This document shows, one piece after another, positions 32,107-42,580 of a stretch of DNA of 64,000 nt. This DNA comes from an uncultured Gammaproteobacteria bacterium (GTDB lineage Bacteria > Patescibacteriota > Microgenomatia > Levybacterales > GWA1-39-11). Numbering within the stretch: position 1 is the first letter of the stretch; each line of letters begins with the position of its first letter. Position numbers and translations under genes: made by a program. The notes beneath the pieces were generated by a model. It ran no database searches. It saw only the letters and a list, made by a program, of their open reading frames with translations, and was not told the DNA's origin. The stretch is from positions 438,572 through 502,571 of the forward strand of contig CAYVFE010000001.1 in NCBI GenBank assembly GCA_964450885.1, written 5' to 3'.

Positions 32107-33788
32107 AGTATCAAAAGGTTTCAGGTAGAATCATCTCCATAGTCGGTATAATTTTCCTTTTATATTTGGTTTTGGTTGGAAAGTTATTTTACTGGCAGAT
32201 CGTTAAGGCCCAGGAGATCAAAGAAATCCGCGATAGGCAGAGTACTGAGTCGCTCGAGCTGGTTCCGGAAAGAGGCGATATATTATTTCAGGATAGTTTC
32301 CCCATAGCGACAAATAATATTAACTATTTAACTTACGCTAACCCCAAAGTAATTACAGATATACCTTTATACTCTAACGCCATTGCTTCAATACTTGATT
32401 ATGATGCTGCTTCTATATCCGCCAGACTAAATCAAGATCTGTATTGGGTGAGGCTTGGTGTTTTTGACCACGAGACAAAAGAGAAAATAGAGGATTTGGA
32501 TCTTAAAGGAATAGGTTTTCAGATAGAAACGAGTAGATTTTATCCCGAAGCGTCAATGGCAGCCCATTTAGTGGGGTTCGTTGGAAAAAATGATGAAGGA
32601 GAAAATCAAGGATATCTGGGACTTGAGGGTTATTATGACAGACAGCTTAAGGGAAAGTCGGGCAAGCTTTATGTAGTAAAGGATGCGTTGGGAAATCCAA
32701 TAGTTACAGATGTACGAGAAGAAAAAAAGATAGACGGTAGATCCCTTTTGACAACAATAGACAGGACTGTCCAGTATATAGCTGATGAAGCTCTAAAAGA
32801 GGGGATAAAAAAGTATGATGCAGAAGGTGGAAGCGTTATCATAATGGAGTCATCCACAGGAAAGATTTTGGGAATGAGTTCTGTCCCGAAATTTGATCCT
32901 CAAAAATATTATGAATACGAAGGTTCTTCGTACCAAAACCCCGCAATATCAGATCTATACGAACCGGGATCGACATTTAAAGTATTGGTAATGGCTGCGG
33001 CATTGAACGAAGGACTAGTTAAAGCAGATACTAAGTGTGATATTTGTGATAAGCCTGTTCAAATGAGTGGTTTTACCATAAAGACGTGGAACGATGAGTA
33101 TCATGCAAACTCTACCATGACTGAGGTGATCCAGAATTCGGACAATACGGGAATGGTCTTTGTTGGTCAAAAATTAGGAATAGGTAGAATGGTCGATTAC
33201 CTTGAGCAGTTTGGCTTTGGAGAGCCAACTGGGATCGATTTACAGGCAGAAGTATCGGGACAGATAAGACGCGACTCTCAATGGTTGCCGATAGATCTTG
33301 CAACTGCTAGCTTTGGTCAGGGTATATCGGTGACCCCCATTCAGCTTTTAACTGCTGTAAATTCTATTGCGAATAATGGATATTTGGTAAGACCCCATAT
33401 GGTTGAGAAAATATTCGAGGGTGATGGTGAAGAGATTACTATAAAACCAGAGAATAGACGCAAGGTGCTATCGGATAGCGCAGCAGAGGTCATGAAGTGG
33501 ATAATGGTAAATGCTGTCGAAAATGGTGATTCCAGATGGGTTACACTAGATCCTATCGCAGTAGCTGGAAAGACAGGTACTGCGCAAATCCCAGTTGCAG
33601 GTCGCTATGACCCAAGTCAAACGATCGCATCTTTTGTAGGATTTTTTCCTGCGCAAAGGCCTCAAGTATCTATGTTAGTTCTGGTGAATAAACCTAAAAC
33701 TTCAATTTATGGGTCAGAAACAGCTGCTCCGATATTCTTCTCGATAGCCCGAGACGTTGTGAGGTATTATGATATATCTTCCGAATAA
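32103..33788 (+). CDS. ftsI: Class B penicillin-binding protein (FtsI/SpoVD-like)
   Basis: RGDI, RFYP, EPGSTFK (SxxK), SDN, KTGT. Confidence 0.9.
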   Translation: MKYQKVSGRIISIVGIIFLLYLVLVGKLFYWQIVKAQEIKEIRDRQSTESLELVPERGDILFQDSFPIATNNINYLTYANPKVITDIPLYSNAIASILDYDAASISARLNQDLYWVRLGVFDHETKEKIEDLDLKGIGFQIETSRFYPEASMAAHLVGFVGKNDEGENQGYLGLEGYYDRQLKGKSGKLYVVKDALGNPIVTDVREEKKIDGRSLLTTIDRTVQYIADEALKEGIKKYDAEGGSVIIMESSTGKILGMSSVPKFDPQKYYEYEGSSYQNPAISDLYEPGSTFKVLVMAAALNEGLVKADTKCDICDKPVQMSGFTIKTWNDEYHANSTMTEVIQNSDNTGMVFVGQKLGIGRMVDYLEQFGFGEPTGIDLQAEVSGQIRRDSQWLPIDLATASFGQGISVTPIQLLTAVNSIANNGYLVRPHMVEKIFEGDGEEITIKPENRRKVLSDSAAEVMKWIMVNAVENGDSRWVTLDPIAVAGKTGTAQIPVAGRYDPSQTIASFVGFFPAQRPQVSMLVLVNKPKTSIYGSETAAPIFFSIARDVVRYYDISSE

Positions 33789-33824
33789 GTTGAATTAATG
33801 CTTATTCAACCTTATAATTTCAGT

Positions 33825-33983
33825 ATGACACAAGTTTTGTTGGCGTTTGTAACAGGGGCTGTAGTTGGTATTATTTTTGGTTTAATAAAACTTCCTCTGC
33901 CTGCACCTGCAACCGTCGCAGGGGTAATGGGTGTTGTAGGTCTGTTTTGTGGATATCTAGTAGTATCACACTTTTTAAATTAA
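33825..33983 (+). CDS. XapX/DUF1427-like small membrane protein
   Basis: GAVVGIIFGLIKLPLPAPATVAGVMGVVG; TATAAT 6 nt upstream of ATG 33825. Confidence 0.75.
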   Translation: MTQVLLAFVTGAVVGIIFGLIKLPLPAPATVAGVMGVVGLFCGYLVVSHFLN

Positions 33984-35227
33984 TGACCTTACCCCCTCTT
34001 TCCATAAGAAAAATCAAGAATATCGGGCACTTTATCCTTGCTGTGACCGCAATTAGCTATTATCGAAACCCCTCAAGGAAAGTAAAGGTAATAGGGGTTA
34101 CAGGTACCGATGGCAAGACAACAACGGCAAATTATATATATCAACTTCTTGAACTTTCAGGAAAAAGGTCGGCATTGATATCAACAGTTGGGTTTTTTAT
34201 GGATGGCGAGAAGAAGAACTTGGGATTTCATGTAACGACTCCTCCCACATTTACATTAAATAGGTATCTTAAGAAGGCAATAGAGAAAAAGGTTGAATAT
34301 ATAGTTTTGGAAGTATCCTCTCATGCATTAGATCAGTTTAGAGTGTTGGGTGTGAGATTTACAGTTGGGATGATTACGAATGTCAGCAAGGAGCATTTGG
34401 ATTACCACAAAAACATCGAGAATTATTTGAATACAAAAGTAAAACTATTAAATCTTTCAGATAAGATTTTGCTTAACAAGAGCGATCCTTTCTTTAAGAA
34501 AATTAAAGCAAAACTACCAAACAAGAAAATATATACATATTCACTAGATGATGATCAAGTCGACCTGTCTTACAAATCCATAAAGAATTTAGATACGGAA
34601 AGTTTGACTCAGTATAATAAAAAAAACCTTCTAGCAGCAGTATTGACCCTCCAACTTCTAGACATAGATACAGAATTAACTAAGGATAAGCTCGGAAAGC
34701 TAAAGCTTCCATCTGGCAGACTGGAATATATACAGAAAAAACCATTTAGTGTAATTGTGGATTTCGCCCATACTCCAAATGCTTTCAGTTCTTTACTTCC
34801 AGAAATCAAAAAAGAGGCAGGAGGTAGGATAATACACGTTTTTGGGAGTGCGGGGAAAAGAGATTCTTCCAAAAGACCTGACATGGGAAACATTTCCTCA
34901 AAGTTTTCGGACTTAATCATATTAACTGGAGAGGATTCCCGAGGAGAAAATATAGATAAGATAAATAGTGATATCAGAAAAGGAATAGATGAAGATTTTA
35001 AGTTAATTTCTACAGTCGGAATCGATAAGAGTACGATAGCAAATAAATCTATAATTCAAATAGAAGATAGGAAGCAAGCGATCGAATTTGCCCTCAGCAT
35101 GGCAAAGAAAAATGATGCGGTGGTGATAACCGGCAAAGGTCCTGAAGAGTCTATGAATATGGGCAAGGGGGAGATATTGTGGAATGATATAGAAATAACG
35201 AAGAGTATTCTCAAGAAAATATCATGA
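33983..35227 (+). CDS. murE: UDP-MurNAc-tripeptide synthetase
   Basis: GVTGTDGKTTT, HVTTP, LEVSSH, HLDYH, DFAHTP, GKRD..KRP, GKG. Confidence 0.9.
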   Translation: MTLPPLSIRKIKNIGHFILAVTAISYYRNPSRKVKVIGVTGTDGKTTTANYIYQLLELSGKRSALISTVGFFMDGEKKNLGFHVTTPPTFTLNRYLKKAIEKKVEYIVLEVSSHALDQFRVLGVRFTVGMITNVSKEHLDYHKNIENYLNTKVKLLNLSDKILLNKSDPFFKKIKAKLPNKKIYTYSLDDDQVDLSYKSIKNLDTESLTQYNKKNLLAAVLTLQLLDIDTELTKDKLGKLKLPSGRLEYIQKKPFSVIVDFAHTPNAFSSLLPEIKKEAGGRIIHVFGSAGKRDSSKRPDMGNISSKFSDLIILTGEDSRGENIDKINSDIRKGIDEDFKLISTVGIDKSTIANKSIIQIEDRKQAIEFALSMAKKNDAVVITGKGPEESMNMGKGEILWNDIEITKSILKKIS

Positions 35228-36690
35228 ATAACACAAAAGAGAAAATTGACTGGGAAAATATAAAAAAAGTTTTTTTTGTAGGAATAAAAGGAGTAGGAAT
35301 GATGCCCCTTTCACTTATTGCCAATGAGTATGGATATGAAGTCGAAGGATCGGATATCGCGGAAGAGTTTATAACAGACGAAGTCTTGATAGAAAACAAA
35401 ATAAAGGTTCATGAAGGCTTTGAGGAAAACATTGTAATGAAATTTTTTGAAGGTCTTGATGTTAAAAATTATCTTGTTATAACAACAGGGGCACATGGTG
35501 GATACAATAACCCACAGGTCAGAAAAGCTAAGGATATGGGCATAAAATATCTCAATCAGGGTCAGGCGTTGGGATTTTTTATGACAGGTGTCCCTTTTCA
35601 TAAAAAAACAAAGGGCATTACTGTAACAGGTTCTCATGGAAAAACTACGATTTCCGCTATGTGTGCGGTGGTTTTGTCCGAGCTGGGACTTGATCCAAGT
35701 TATTCTGTGGGCACCAGTAGAATAATGCCTCTGGGGCCGTCTGGGCATTTAGGAAATGGTGAGTTATTTGTAGCAGAAGGTGATGAGTATGTGGGAGAGC
35801 CGGTATTTGATAAAACTCCCAAAATCTTATATCAACATCCAGATTACGCGATCATTAATAATATTGATTTTGACCATCCTGATATTTACAAAGATATGGA
35901 AGATGTAAAGAACGTAATGAAGCAATTTATCATGGGAATGAATGAGGGGGGGAAATTGTTTTTAAATGCTGATGACTCTGAGCTTATGAATATTAAGAAT
36001 CAGCTGGAAAGGAATATTGAAATCATCACATATGGTGAGGTGGAATCAGATTTTAGAATTATCAATATCCAAGAGAGTGTTGGGTCGTTAGATTTTTCTG
36101 TAGTAAAGAATGGAAACTATTATGGAGAGTTTTCCTTGCAGATTCCTGGGATACATAACGCCAAAAATGCGGTTCCTGTGATAGCACTACTAGATTCCTT
36201 AGGAAAGTCCTATCAAGAAGTAAAAAAAGCAATCTTCTCGTATAAAGGAAGTAAAAGACGGATGGAAAAGGTAGGAACGACTTCTGGTGGCGCTTTGATA
36301 ATAGATGACTATGGTCATCATCCTGTTGAGATAAGGTCGACTATAGATGCAGTTAAGAATTTTTATAATAAAAAGATTGTATGTGTCTTTCAATCTCACA
36401 CATATTCACGCACGAGAAATTTTTTGGATGATTTTTCCAATTCTTTTTCTGAAGTAGATGAATTAGTTCTGCTGCCTATTTTTAAATCTGCACGCGATAC
36501 AGAATCAGATATAATATCAGACGAAGACTTCCTAAGTCCTTTTAACGATAAGCTTGATAAGGTATTTATGGCAAAGAGTATCGAGGATGCTGCATCTTAC
36601 ATTAAGAGCCAGTCGTATGGGAGTGATTTTTTGGTTCTTACAATAGGTGCTGGAGATGTATATAAAGTAGGATATGAAATAAAACTATGA
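35224..36690 (+). CDS. murC: UDP-MurNAc--L-alanine ligase
   Basis: GIKGVGM, GSHGKTT, EGDE, DHPD, DDYGHHP, QSHTYSRT. Confidence 0.93.
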   Translation: MNNTKEKIDWENIKKVFFVGIKGVGMMPLSLIANEYGYEVEGSDIAEEFITDEVLIENKIKVHEGFEENIVMKFFEGLDVKNYLVITTGAHGGYNNPQVRKAKDMGIKYLNQGQALGFFMTGVPFHKKTKGITVTGSHGKTTISAMCAVVLSELGLDPSYSVGTSRIMPLGPSGHLGNGELFVAEGDEYVGEPVFDKTPKILYQHPDYAIINNIDFDHPDIYKDMEDVKNVMKQFIMGMNEGGKLFLNADDSELMNIKNQLERNIEIITYGEVESDFRIINIQESVGSLDFSVVKNGNYYGEFSLQIPGIHNAKNAVPVIALLDSLGKSYQEVKKAIFSYKGSKRRMEKVGTTSGGALIIDDYGHHPVEIRSTIDAVKNFYNKKIVCVFQSHTYSRTRNFLDDFSNSFSEVDELVLLPIFKSARDTESDIISDEDFLSPFNDKLDKVFMAKSIEDAASYIKSQSYGSDFLVLTIGAGDVYKVGYEIKL

Positions 36691-38012
36691 AAAAATATGT
36701 AATTAAAGGAGGTAACTCTCTTTCTGGTAAAGTTGATATAGCAGGAGCAAAGAACGTCGTTCTAAAGGCGATAGTTGCTGCTTGTTTGACAGACGAAGAA
36801 GTCATTCTTGAGAATGTTCCTCAGATCAGCGATGTCTACTATATGGTAGAAATGGTCAGAGATTTTGGTGGAGAAGTCGATCAGACAGGTAATACTTTGA
36901 AGATAAGAGTTGAGGATATAAAAAGTCCCAGATTGAAGTTGGAGACAGCTGTTAAGATGCGTGCATCTTCACTTTTTTTTGCTCCTTTTATAGTCCGTTG
37001 CGGTCGAGCAGAAATCCCTAATCCTGGAGGAGACAGAATAGGTGCGAGGAGAATAGATATGCATATAGACGGATTAAGAAAAATCGGAGTGGAGGTTGAG
37101 AACAAGAATGATGGGTATTTTTATGCAACCGCAAAAACTCTCAGAGGAGCAAGTTATAGGTTCACGAAGAACACTCATACGGGTACAGAGCAAATGATAC
37201 TTGCAGGAGTTATGGCAGATGGACAGACTGTCCTTACAAATTGTGCACAGGAGCCGGAAGTTGATGAGCTAATTGAGCTTTTGAATTTGATGGGTGCAGA
37301 TATAAAAAGGACAGCATCACGAACTATAACTATAAATGGAGTAAAAAGGCTAAATGGAGCGAGGTACAAGATTCGGTCAGACAGAAATGAAGCAGTAACT
37401 TTTGCTATAGCATCGGCATTGACCGGCGGGAAGATTTGGTTAAAGAATGTGAACGTTGACGTATTAAAAGAATTTATTGAGGAATTTAAGAAAGCGGGTG
37501 GAGAGGTAGAGAGTAGTGATGATAACGGGATTAGATTTTATATCGTAGACAGAATAAAGCCTACTGATATTATGACAGAGATATATCCCGGATTTATGAC
37601 CGACTGGCAGGGTCCATGGTGCGTGCTGATGACTCAGGCTGATGGTGAGTCCAGCATTCACGAAACGATTTATGAAGATAGATTCCAGTATGTAAATGAA
37701 CTAAAAAAAATGGGCGCTGACATAGAGCTTTATAACCCAAAGGTTGTTAACCCAGAAGAGTTTTACAATTTTAACTATGATGACTGTACAGCAGAAACAA
37801 AGCATGCGATAAAGATAAAGGGGAAAGTTGATTTAAATAATGCTGTGCTTACTATGATGGATCTGCGTGCGGGTGCAACCTTAGTTCTAGGTGCGCTTAT
37901 AGCAAATGGTGAATCGACAATATATGGAGTTGAGCAGATAGAGAGAGGATACGAGAATTTCGACGCAAGGTTGAAAAAACTTGGCGCTGATATAGAATAT
38001 ATTGAAGAATAA
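36687..38012 (+). CDS. murA: UDP-GlcNAc 1-carboxyvinyltransferase (Cys-to-Asp variant)
   Basis: GAKN, MRAS, PGGDRIGAR, PGFMTD, DLRAGA, IERGY. Confidence 0.95.
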   Translation: MKKYVIKGGNSLSGKVDIAGAKNVVLKAIVAACLTDEEVILENVPQISDVYYMVEMVRDFGGEVDQTGNTLKIRVEDIKSPRLKLETAVKMRASSLFFAPFIVRCGRAEIPNPGGDRIGARRIDMHIDGLRKIGVEVENKNDGYFYATAKTLRGASYRFTKNTHTGTEQMILAGVMADGQTVLTNCAQEPEVDELIELLNLMGADIKRTASRTITINGVKRLNGARYKIRSDRNEAVTFAIASALTGGKIWLKNVNVDVLKEFIEEFKKAGGEVESSDDNGIRFYIVDRIKPTDIMTEIYPGFMTDWQGPWCVLMTQADGESSIHETIYEDRFQYVNELKKMGADIELYNPKVVNPEEFYNFNYDDCTAETKHAIKIKGKVDLNNAVLTMMDLRAGATLVLGALIANGESTIYGVEQIERGYENFDARLKKLGADIEYIEE

Positions 38013-38013
38013 A

Positions 38014-38751
38014 ATGGACAAAATTGGTGGAATTATTTTAGCAGCTGGAAAAGGCACGAGGATGAACTCGACTGAAATTAACAAGGTTGCATTGAGCGTT
38101 GGTGATAGGCCTTTAATTTTAAGGACAATAGATATATTAAAAAGCGCTGGACTGAGCGAAATTGTAGTGGTTGTTGGTTTTGCAAAAGAGTCTGTAATTA
38201 AATTACTAACTCCAGATATCAAGATTGCAGTTCAATCTGAGCTTTTAGGGACAGGAGATGCTGAAAGAGTAGGACTTGAGAAGATATCTCCCGAAATAGA
38301 GAATGTGTTGAGTGTATCTGGAGACGATTCTTTCTTATATACTCGAGAAATCTTAAATGAGATGGTGGCTGTGCATAATGATATGAAGGCCTCTATGACT
38401 TTTATTACTGTCAATCTGGATAATCCGACAGGTTACGGCAGGATAATACGAGATGAGAGCGGAAAAATCATAAGAATAGTAGAGGAGCTAAATGCTACCG
38501 AAGAAGAGAGAAAGATATCTGAGGTGAATACCGGGTGTTATTTATTCAATAAAAAAATCCTTGAGGAGAACATAAATAAAATAAAAGTAAATAGTTTGAA
38601 AAAAGAATTTTATCTTACGGATATTCTAGAGATATTTTTGGAAAATAAATTTACTATTGCATCAATTAATATTCCAAGTGCAAATTGGCGTGGAATAAAC
38701 ACTCCAGAAGAGCTCATGTTGGCCGAGGAGGCTATAAGAAAAAATGGATAA
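38014..38751 (+). CDS. GlmU-type uridyltransferase domain (stand-alone)
   Basis: LAAGKGTRM, LGTGDA, PTGYGRI, EVNTG, EFYLTD, GINT; no beta-helix. Confidence 0.85.
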   Translation: MDKIGGIILAAGKGTRMNSTEINKVALSVGDRPLILRTIDILKSAGLSEIVVVVGFAKESVIKLLTPDIKIAVQSELLGTGDAERVGLEKISPEIENVLSVSGDDSFLYTREILNEMVAVHNDMKASMTFITVNLDNPTGYGRIIRDESGKIIRIVEELNATEEERKISEVNTGCYLFNKKILEENINKIKVNSLKKEFYLTDILEIFLENKFTIASINIPSANWRGINTPEELMLAEEAIRKNG

Positions 38752-39352
38752 TATAGAGATCAAAAGTCTGTTTGATGTGGAAGATTTTTATCAAAAGGAT
38801 TTGCTTAATAAACACTTGTATCCGTGGGAAGTTATATCAGCATTGGATGCGTATGTCGATGAGCTTGCTGGCGGCGAAAAAATCATAATGGGGGAGGGTA
38901 GCAGTATCGACCCCTCGGCAAAAGTTGAAGGAAAGGTTATAGTCGGAAAAAACGTTACCATCTGTGATGGGGTTCTTATCAGAGGGAATTGTATCATCGG
39001 TGACAATGTTCGTGTGGGCCACTGTGTAGAGCTAAAGCATTCTGTGATAATGAACAACACTGCTCTTTCGCACTTCAACTATGTTGGAGATAGTATAGTG
39101 GGTAATAATGTAAACATCGGTGGCGGCGCGATAGTCGCAAATTGGAGATTTGATAAAAAAAACATAATGATAAAACTGGAAAATGAAAAAATTGATACTG
39201 GTCTAGAAAAATTCGGCGCTGCAATAGGTGACCGCTCAAGCATCGGGGTTAATAGTGTATTAAATCCCGGTACGATCTTAGGAAAAAGCAGTACAGTCTA
39301 TCCTCTCGTGTCGGTTTCTGGTGTAAATTCTTCGGGTAGTGTCCTCAAATGA
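38744..39352 (+). CDS. GlmU-type acetyltransferase (left-handed beta-helix), stand-alone
   Basis: VELKHS, HFNYVGDSIVG, ANWRFD, KFGAAIGD, NSVLNPGT. Confidence 0.8.
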   Translation: MDNIEIKSLFDVEDFYQKDLLNKHLYPWEVISALDAYVDELAGGEKIIMGEGSSIDPSAKVEGKVIVGKNVTICDGVLIRGNCIIGDNVRVGHCVELKHSVIMNNTALSHFNYVGDSIVGNNVNIGGGAIVANWRFDKKNIMIKLENEKIDTGLEKFGAAIGDRSSIGVNSVLNPGTILGKSSTVYPLVSVSGVNSSGSVLK

Positions 39353-39405
39353 GCCGTCTGGGCGTTTGGTTGAAGCAGTTTTAAGTGATATAATTAGATT
39401 TCGTT

Positions 39406-40419
39406 ATGGAAAGAATATTTGGATTTGCGATTCTCTCACTTTTTATCACGTCGATTCTGATCGTGCCATTTATAGATTTTTTATACAAGATAAAATTCTT
39501 GAGGAAGAAGCAGAAGACACTTAATTTATTTAACGAACCGGCAAAAGTTTTCGATCAGTTAAGCGCCGGAAAGGTTGGTACTCCTGTTGGTGGCGGACTG
39601 CTGATTATTGTTGTGGTAAGCATACTGTCCCTCTGGGCCTTTGGATTATTCCGAATAGAAGTTAGGCTTTGGGAATTGTTTGTTCTTTTATTCACATTTG
39701 TGGGGTTTGGGGCACTAGGTCTTTATGACGACTTTAAGAAAATGTTTTCCTCAAAAGAAAAAAAGAATATTTTTTTCGGACTGAGATTTAGAGCAAAATT
39801 TATTATTCAATGCATCATAGCACTGATTGCCGGTTCGGTAATGTATTATTTCGGCGGATATGATTTTATATATTTACATTGGTTTGGGCAATTTAACTTA
39901 GGATTATTCTATATTCCTTTTGCAACATTTGTAATAGTTGCTTTTGTTAATGCCTTTAATATAACCGATGGGCTCGATGGACTTTCATCGGGTGTTTACC
40001 TTATATGCCTTAGTGCCTTTTTGGTAATCTCGAGTGCTCTTTTGGACACTTTTTTGGCGATCTATATAGCGATTTTGATGGGATCTGTTGCTGCATTTTT
40101 ATACTTTAATGTATTTCCGGCAAGAATCTGGCTTGGCGATGTCGGATCACTTTCGCTTGGAGCATCTCTTGCGGTCATAGGGCTTCTTACCGGAAAGCCA
40201 GCAGCGGTGGCACTTATAGGAGGAGTATTTGTGATAGAGGTTGCATCATCCTTGGTACAAATCTTATCAAGAAAATTTTTAGGAAAGAAGTTGCTGCCGA
40301 TTGCTCCCCTGCATCTTTATTTTCTTAAAAAAGGCTGGGGTGAGCCTAAGATTGTTATGAGAGGATGGCTTCTTGCTTTTGTGTTTGCACTTTTTGGACT
40401 TTACCTTGCTTTTATATAG
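39406..40419 (+). CDS. mraY: Phospho-MurNAc-pentapeptide transferase
   Basis: KVGTPVGGG, LYDD, NAFNITDGLDGL, LGDVGS, APLH. Confidence 0.94.
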   Translation: MERIFGFAILSLFITSILIVPFIDFLYKIKFLRKKQKTLNLFNEPAKVFDQLSAGKVGTPVGGGLLIIVVVSILSLWAFGLFRIEVRLWELFVLLFTFVGFGALGLYDDFKKMFSSKEKKNIFFGLRFRAKFIIQCIIALIAGSVMYYFGGYDFIYLHWFGQFNLGLFYIPFATFVIVAFVNAFNITDGLDGLSSGVYLICLSAFLVISSALLDTFLAIYIAILMGSVAAFLYFNVFPARIWLGDVGSLSLGASLAVIGLLTGKPAAVALIGGVFVIEVASSLVQILSRKFLGKKLLPIAPLHLYFLKKGWGEPKIVMRGWLLAFVFALFGLYLAFI

Positions 40420-40430
40420 AATATATATAA

Positions 40431-41507
40431 ATGAATAAAGTTGCTGTCCTTATTTTTCTACTAACAATACTCCTTTCATCAATCGGGCTGTTCATCTTGT
40501 ATGAGAGCTCATCTTATACGGCACTTCTGAATCTTGATGATAGATTTTATTTCATTAAAAATCAGGCGATATATCTTCCGATCGGAATAGTCTTGGCTTT
40601 GATAGTAAGCAAATTTCCAGAGAAGAAGCTTTATGCATTGTCCCTGCCATTTTTACTTGCGACATTTATACTTTTAATTGCTGTGTTTTTACCAGGACTT
40701 GGTTTAGAGCTTAAGGGTTCTCATAGATGGATAGACTTAGGCTTTACTGTATTCCAGCCCTCCGAGCTTTTGAAAATCTCTATGACGCTTTATCTTGCCG
40801 CCTGGTTTTCTAGTAAGGAGAAGGGAAGAGTCTTTGCTTTTCTTATACTTCTCGGAGTATTTTGTGGTCTAGTCATGCTTCAACCTGATTTAGGAACCAC
40901 TTTTATTATCTCGATTACTGCAATTTCGCTGTTCTTTTTATCTGGAGCCAAGATTAAGGAAATGCTTTTGATAGGCGCTATCTTGTCGGCAGGGGTCATA
41001 TTTTTTATAGGCACTGCTTCTTATAGGTTGGAAAGATTTTCTTCTTTTAGAGAATTTTCTATAGAAAACCCTACAGATAACACATATCACTTGAGGCAAA
41101 TTATCCTAGGAATAGGGTCTGGGGGGCTATTGGGTGTGGGTCCCGGTAATTCCATACAAAAATATGCCTACTTACCTGAAAATACGACTGATTCGATTTT
41201 CGCGATCTACGCAGAAGAGACGGGTTTTATAGGGTCGTTATTTCTGATATCTTTGTATCTTGGTTATACTTTGTTGGGTTTTTTAATTGCAGTTCGATCA
41301 AAAGATATGTTTGGACGTCTTCTCGCCTCAGGTATTACTATTTTTATTTCTGCCCAGGCCTTGATAAATCTTTCCTCACAAGCGATAATAGTGCCCTTGA
41401 CAGGAGTTCCACTGCCTTTTATATCATTTGGAGGAAGCTCAATGATCATAAATTTTATAGCGGTGGGACTTTTGATGAATGTAGCAAATCATTCAAATAA
41501 AAAATGA
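40431..41507 (+). CDS. ftsW: SEDS peptidoglycan polymerase FtsW
   Basis: RWI...QPSELLK, QPDLGT, YLPE..TD, PLTGVPLPFISFGGSS; in dcw. Confidence 0.92.
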   Translation: MNKVAVLIFLLTILLSSIGLFILYESSSYTALLNLDDRFYFIKNQAIYLPIGIVLALIVSKFPEKKLYALSLPFLLATFILLIAVFLPGLGLELKGSHRWIDLGFTVFQPSELLKISMTLYLAAWFSSKEKGRVFAFLILLGVFCGLVMLQPDLGTTFIISITAISLFFLSGAKIKEMLLIGAILSAGVIFFIGTASYRLERFSSFREFSIENPTDNTYHLRQIILGIGSGGLLGVGPGNSIQKYAYLPENTTDSIFAIYAEETGFIGSLFLISLYLGYTLLGFLIAVRSKDMFGRLLASGITIFISAQALINLSSQAIIVPLTGVPLPFISFGGSSMIINFIAVGLLMNVANHSNKK

Positions 41508-42580
41508 AAGTAGTTATAACAGGTAGTCACTTTTCACCGGCTTATGCTGTGATCAAAAAAAGTACGTGGAAAATCACGGTAGTTGGTAGAAAGTATGCAC
41601 TATCAAATACTCAAACTGAGTCTTACGAATACAAACTTTGTATGGAAAAGAAAATTCCATTTAAAGTCCTGGACGTTCCCAGATTTTTGAGGGTTTCGCC
41701 TATAAAATCAATATTATCTTCTTCGGCGCTTTTGAGATCGATAAAAAAAGCTAGAAAAATATTAAAAGAAGTAGATCCTGATGTCATACTTTCATTTGGT
41801 GGATATACAGCACTGCCTGTTGTGATTGCAGCATTCACATTAAAAAAACCTATCGCTATTCATGAGCAGACTTTGGAAGCAGGGCTTTCTAATAGATTAT
41901 CAAGTCTTTTTGCAAATAAGGTTTTTATTTCATTCAACTCCTCAAGAAAATTTTTTTCAAAAAATAAAACCTTCCTTACGGGGAATCCGATAAGAGACGA
42001 AATAATGAATTCGGAAAATATTTCTCCGGTAGTTACAACAACAAAGAAAATAATATATGTTACTGGAGGAAGTACAGGATCTATGGCGGTAAATGATTTA
42101 CTGGGGAAGATTATTCCATCACTCTCTGATTATTTTATAGTGCACCAGTATGGTGCATCGAGTAAAAATACATTTCATAAAAATGACAATTATCTAGGAA
42201 AGCCCTTCTTCTCTCCGCAAGAGGTTGCATGGATAATGAACAATGCATCGCTTATCATCTCAAGATCAGGAATAAATACAGTTAGTGAAATTTTGTATTT
42301 GGGTACTCCAGCTATATTTATCCCACTACCATATGGACAGAAAAATGAACAGTTGAAAAATGCCAGATATGCTCAAAAGCATGGAAGGACTCAATATTTT
42401 ATACAGGAAAAAGTAACTGCTGCTGCGCTACTTAAAGCCGTACGTGATATGATAAAAAAAGGTAAGACTAAAAAGCCTACAGAGATAATGCGCAGGAGCG
42501 CTTTAGCAACGGATGCAATAATAAATGAAACTGAAGAACTTGATAAAAAAGCCACCAAGACAAAATCCAAAGGAAAATAA
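41504..42580 (+). CDS. murG: MurG glycosyltransferase
   Basis: FGGY, IHEQ, TGNPIR, TGGSTG, SRSG, EQLKNA. Confidence 0.9.
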   Translation: MKVVITGSHFSPAYAVIKKSTWKITVVGRKYALSNTQTESYEYKLCMEKKIPFKVLDVPRFLRVSPIKSILSSSALLRSIKKARKILKEVDPDVILSFGGYTALPVVIAAFTLKKPIAIHEQTLEAGLSNRLSSLFANKVFISFNSSRKFFSKNKTFLTGNPIRDEIMNSENISPVVTTTKKIIYVTGGSTGSMAVNDLLGKIIPSLSDYFIVHQYGASSKNTFHKNDNYLGKPFFSPQEVAWIMNNASLIISRSGINTVSEILYLGTPAIFIPLPYGQKNEQLKNARYAQKHGRTQYFIQEKVTAAALLKAVRDMIKKGKTKKPTEIMRRSALATDAIINETEELDKKATKTKSKGK

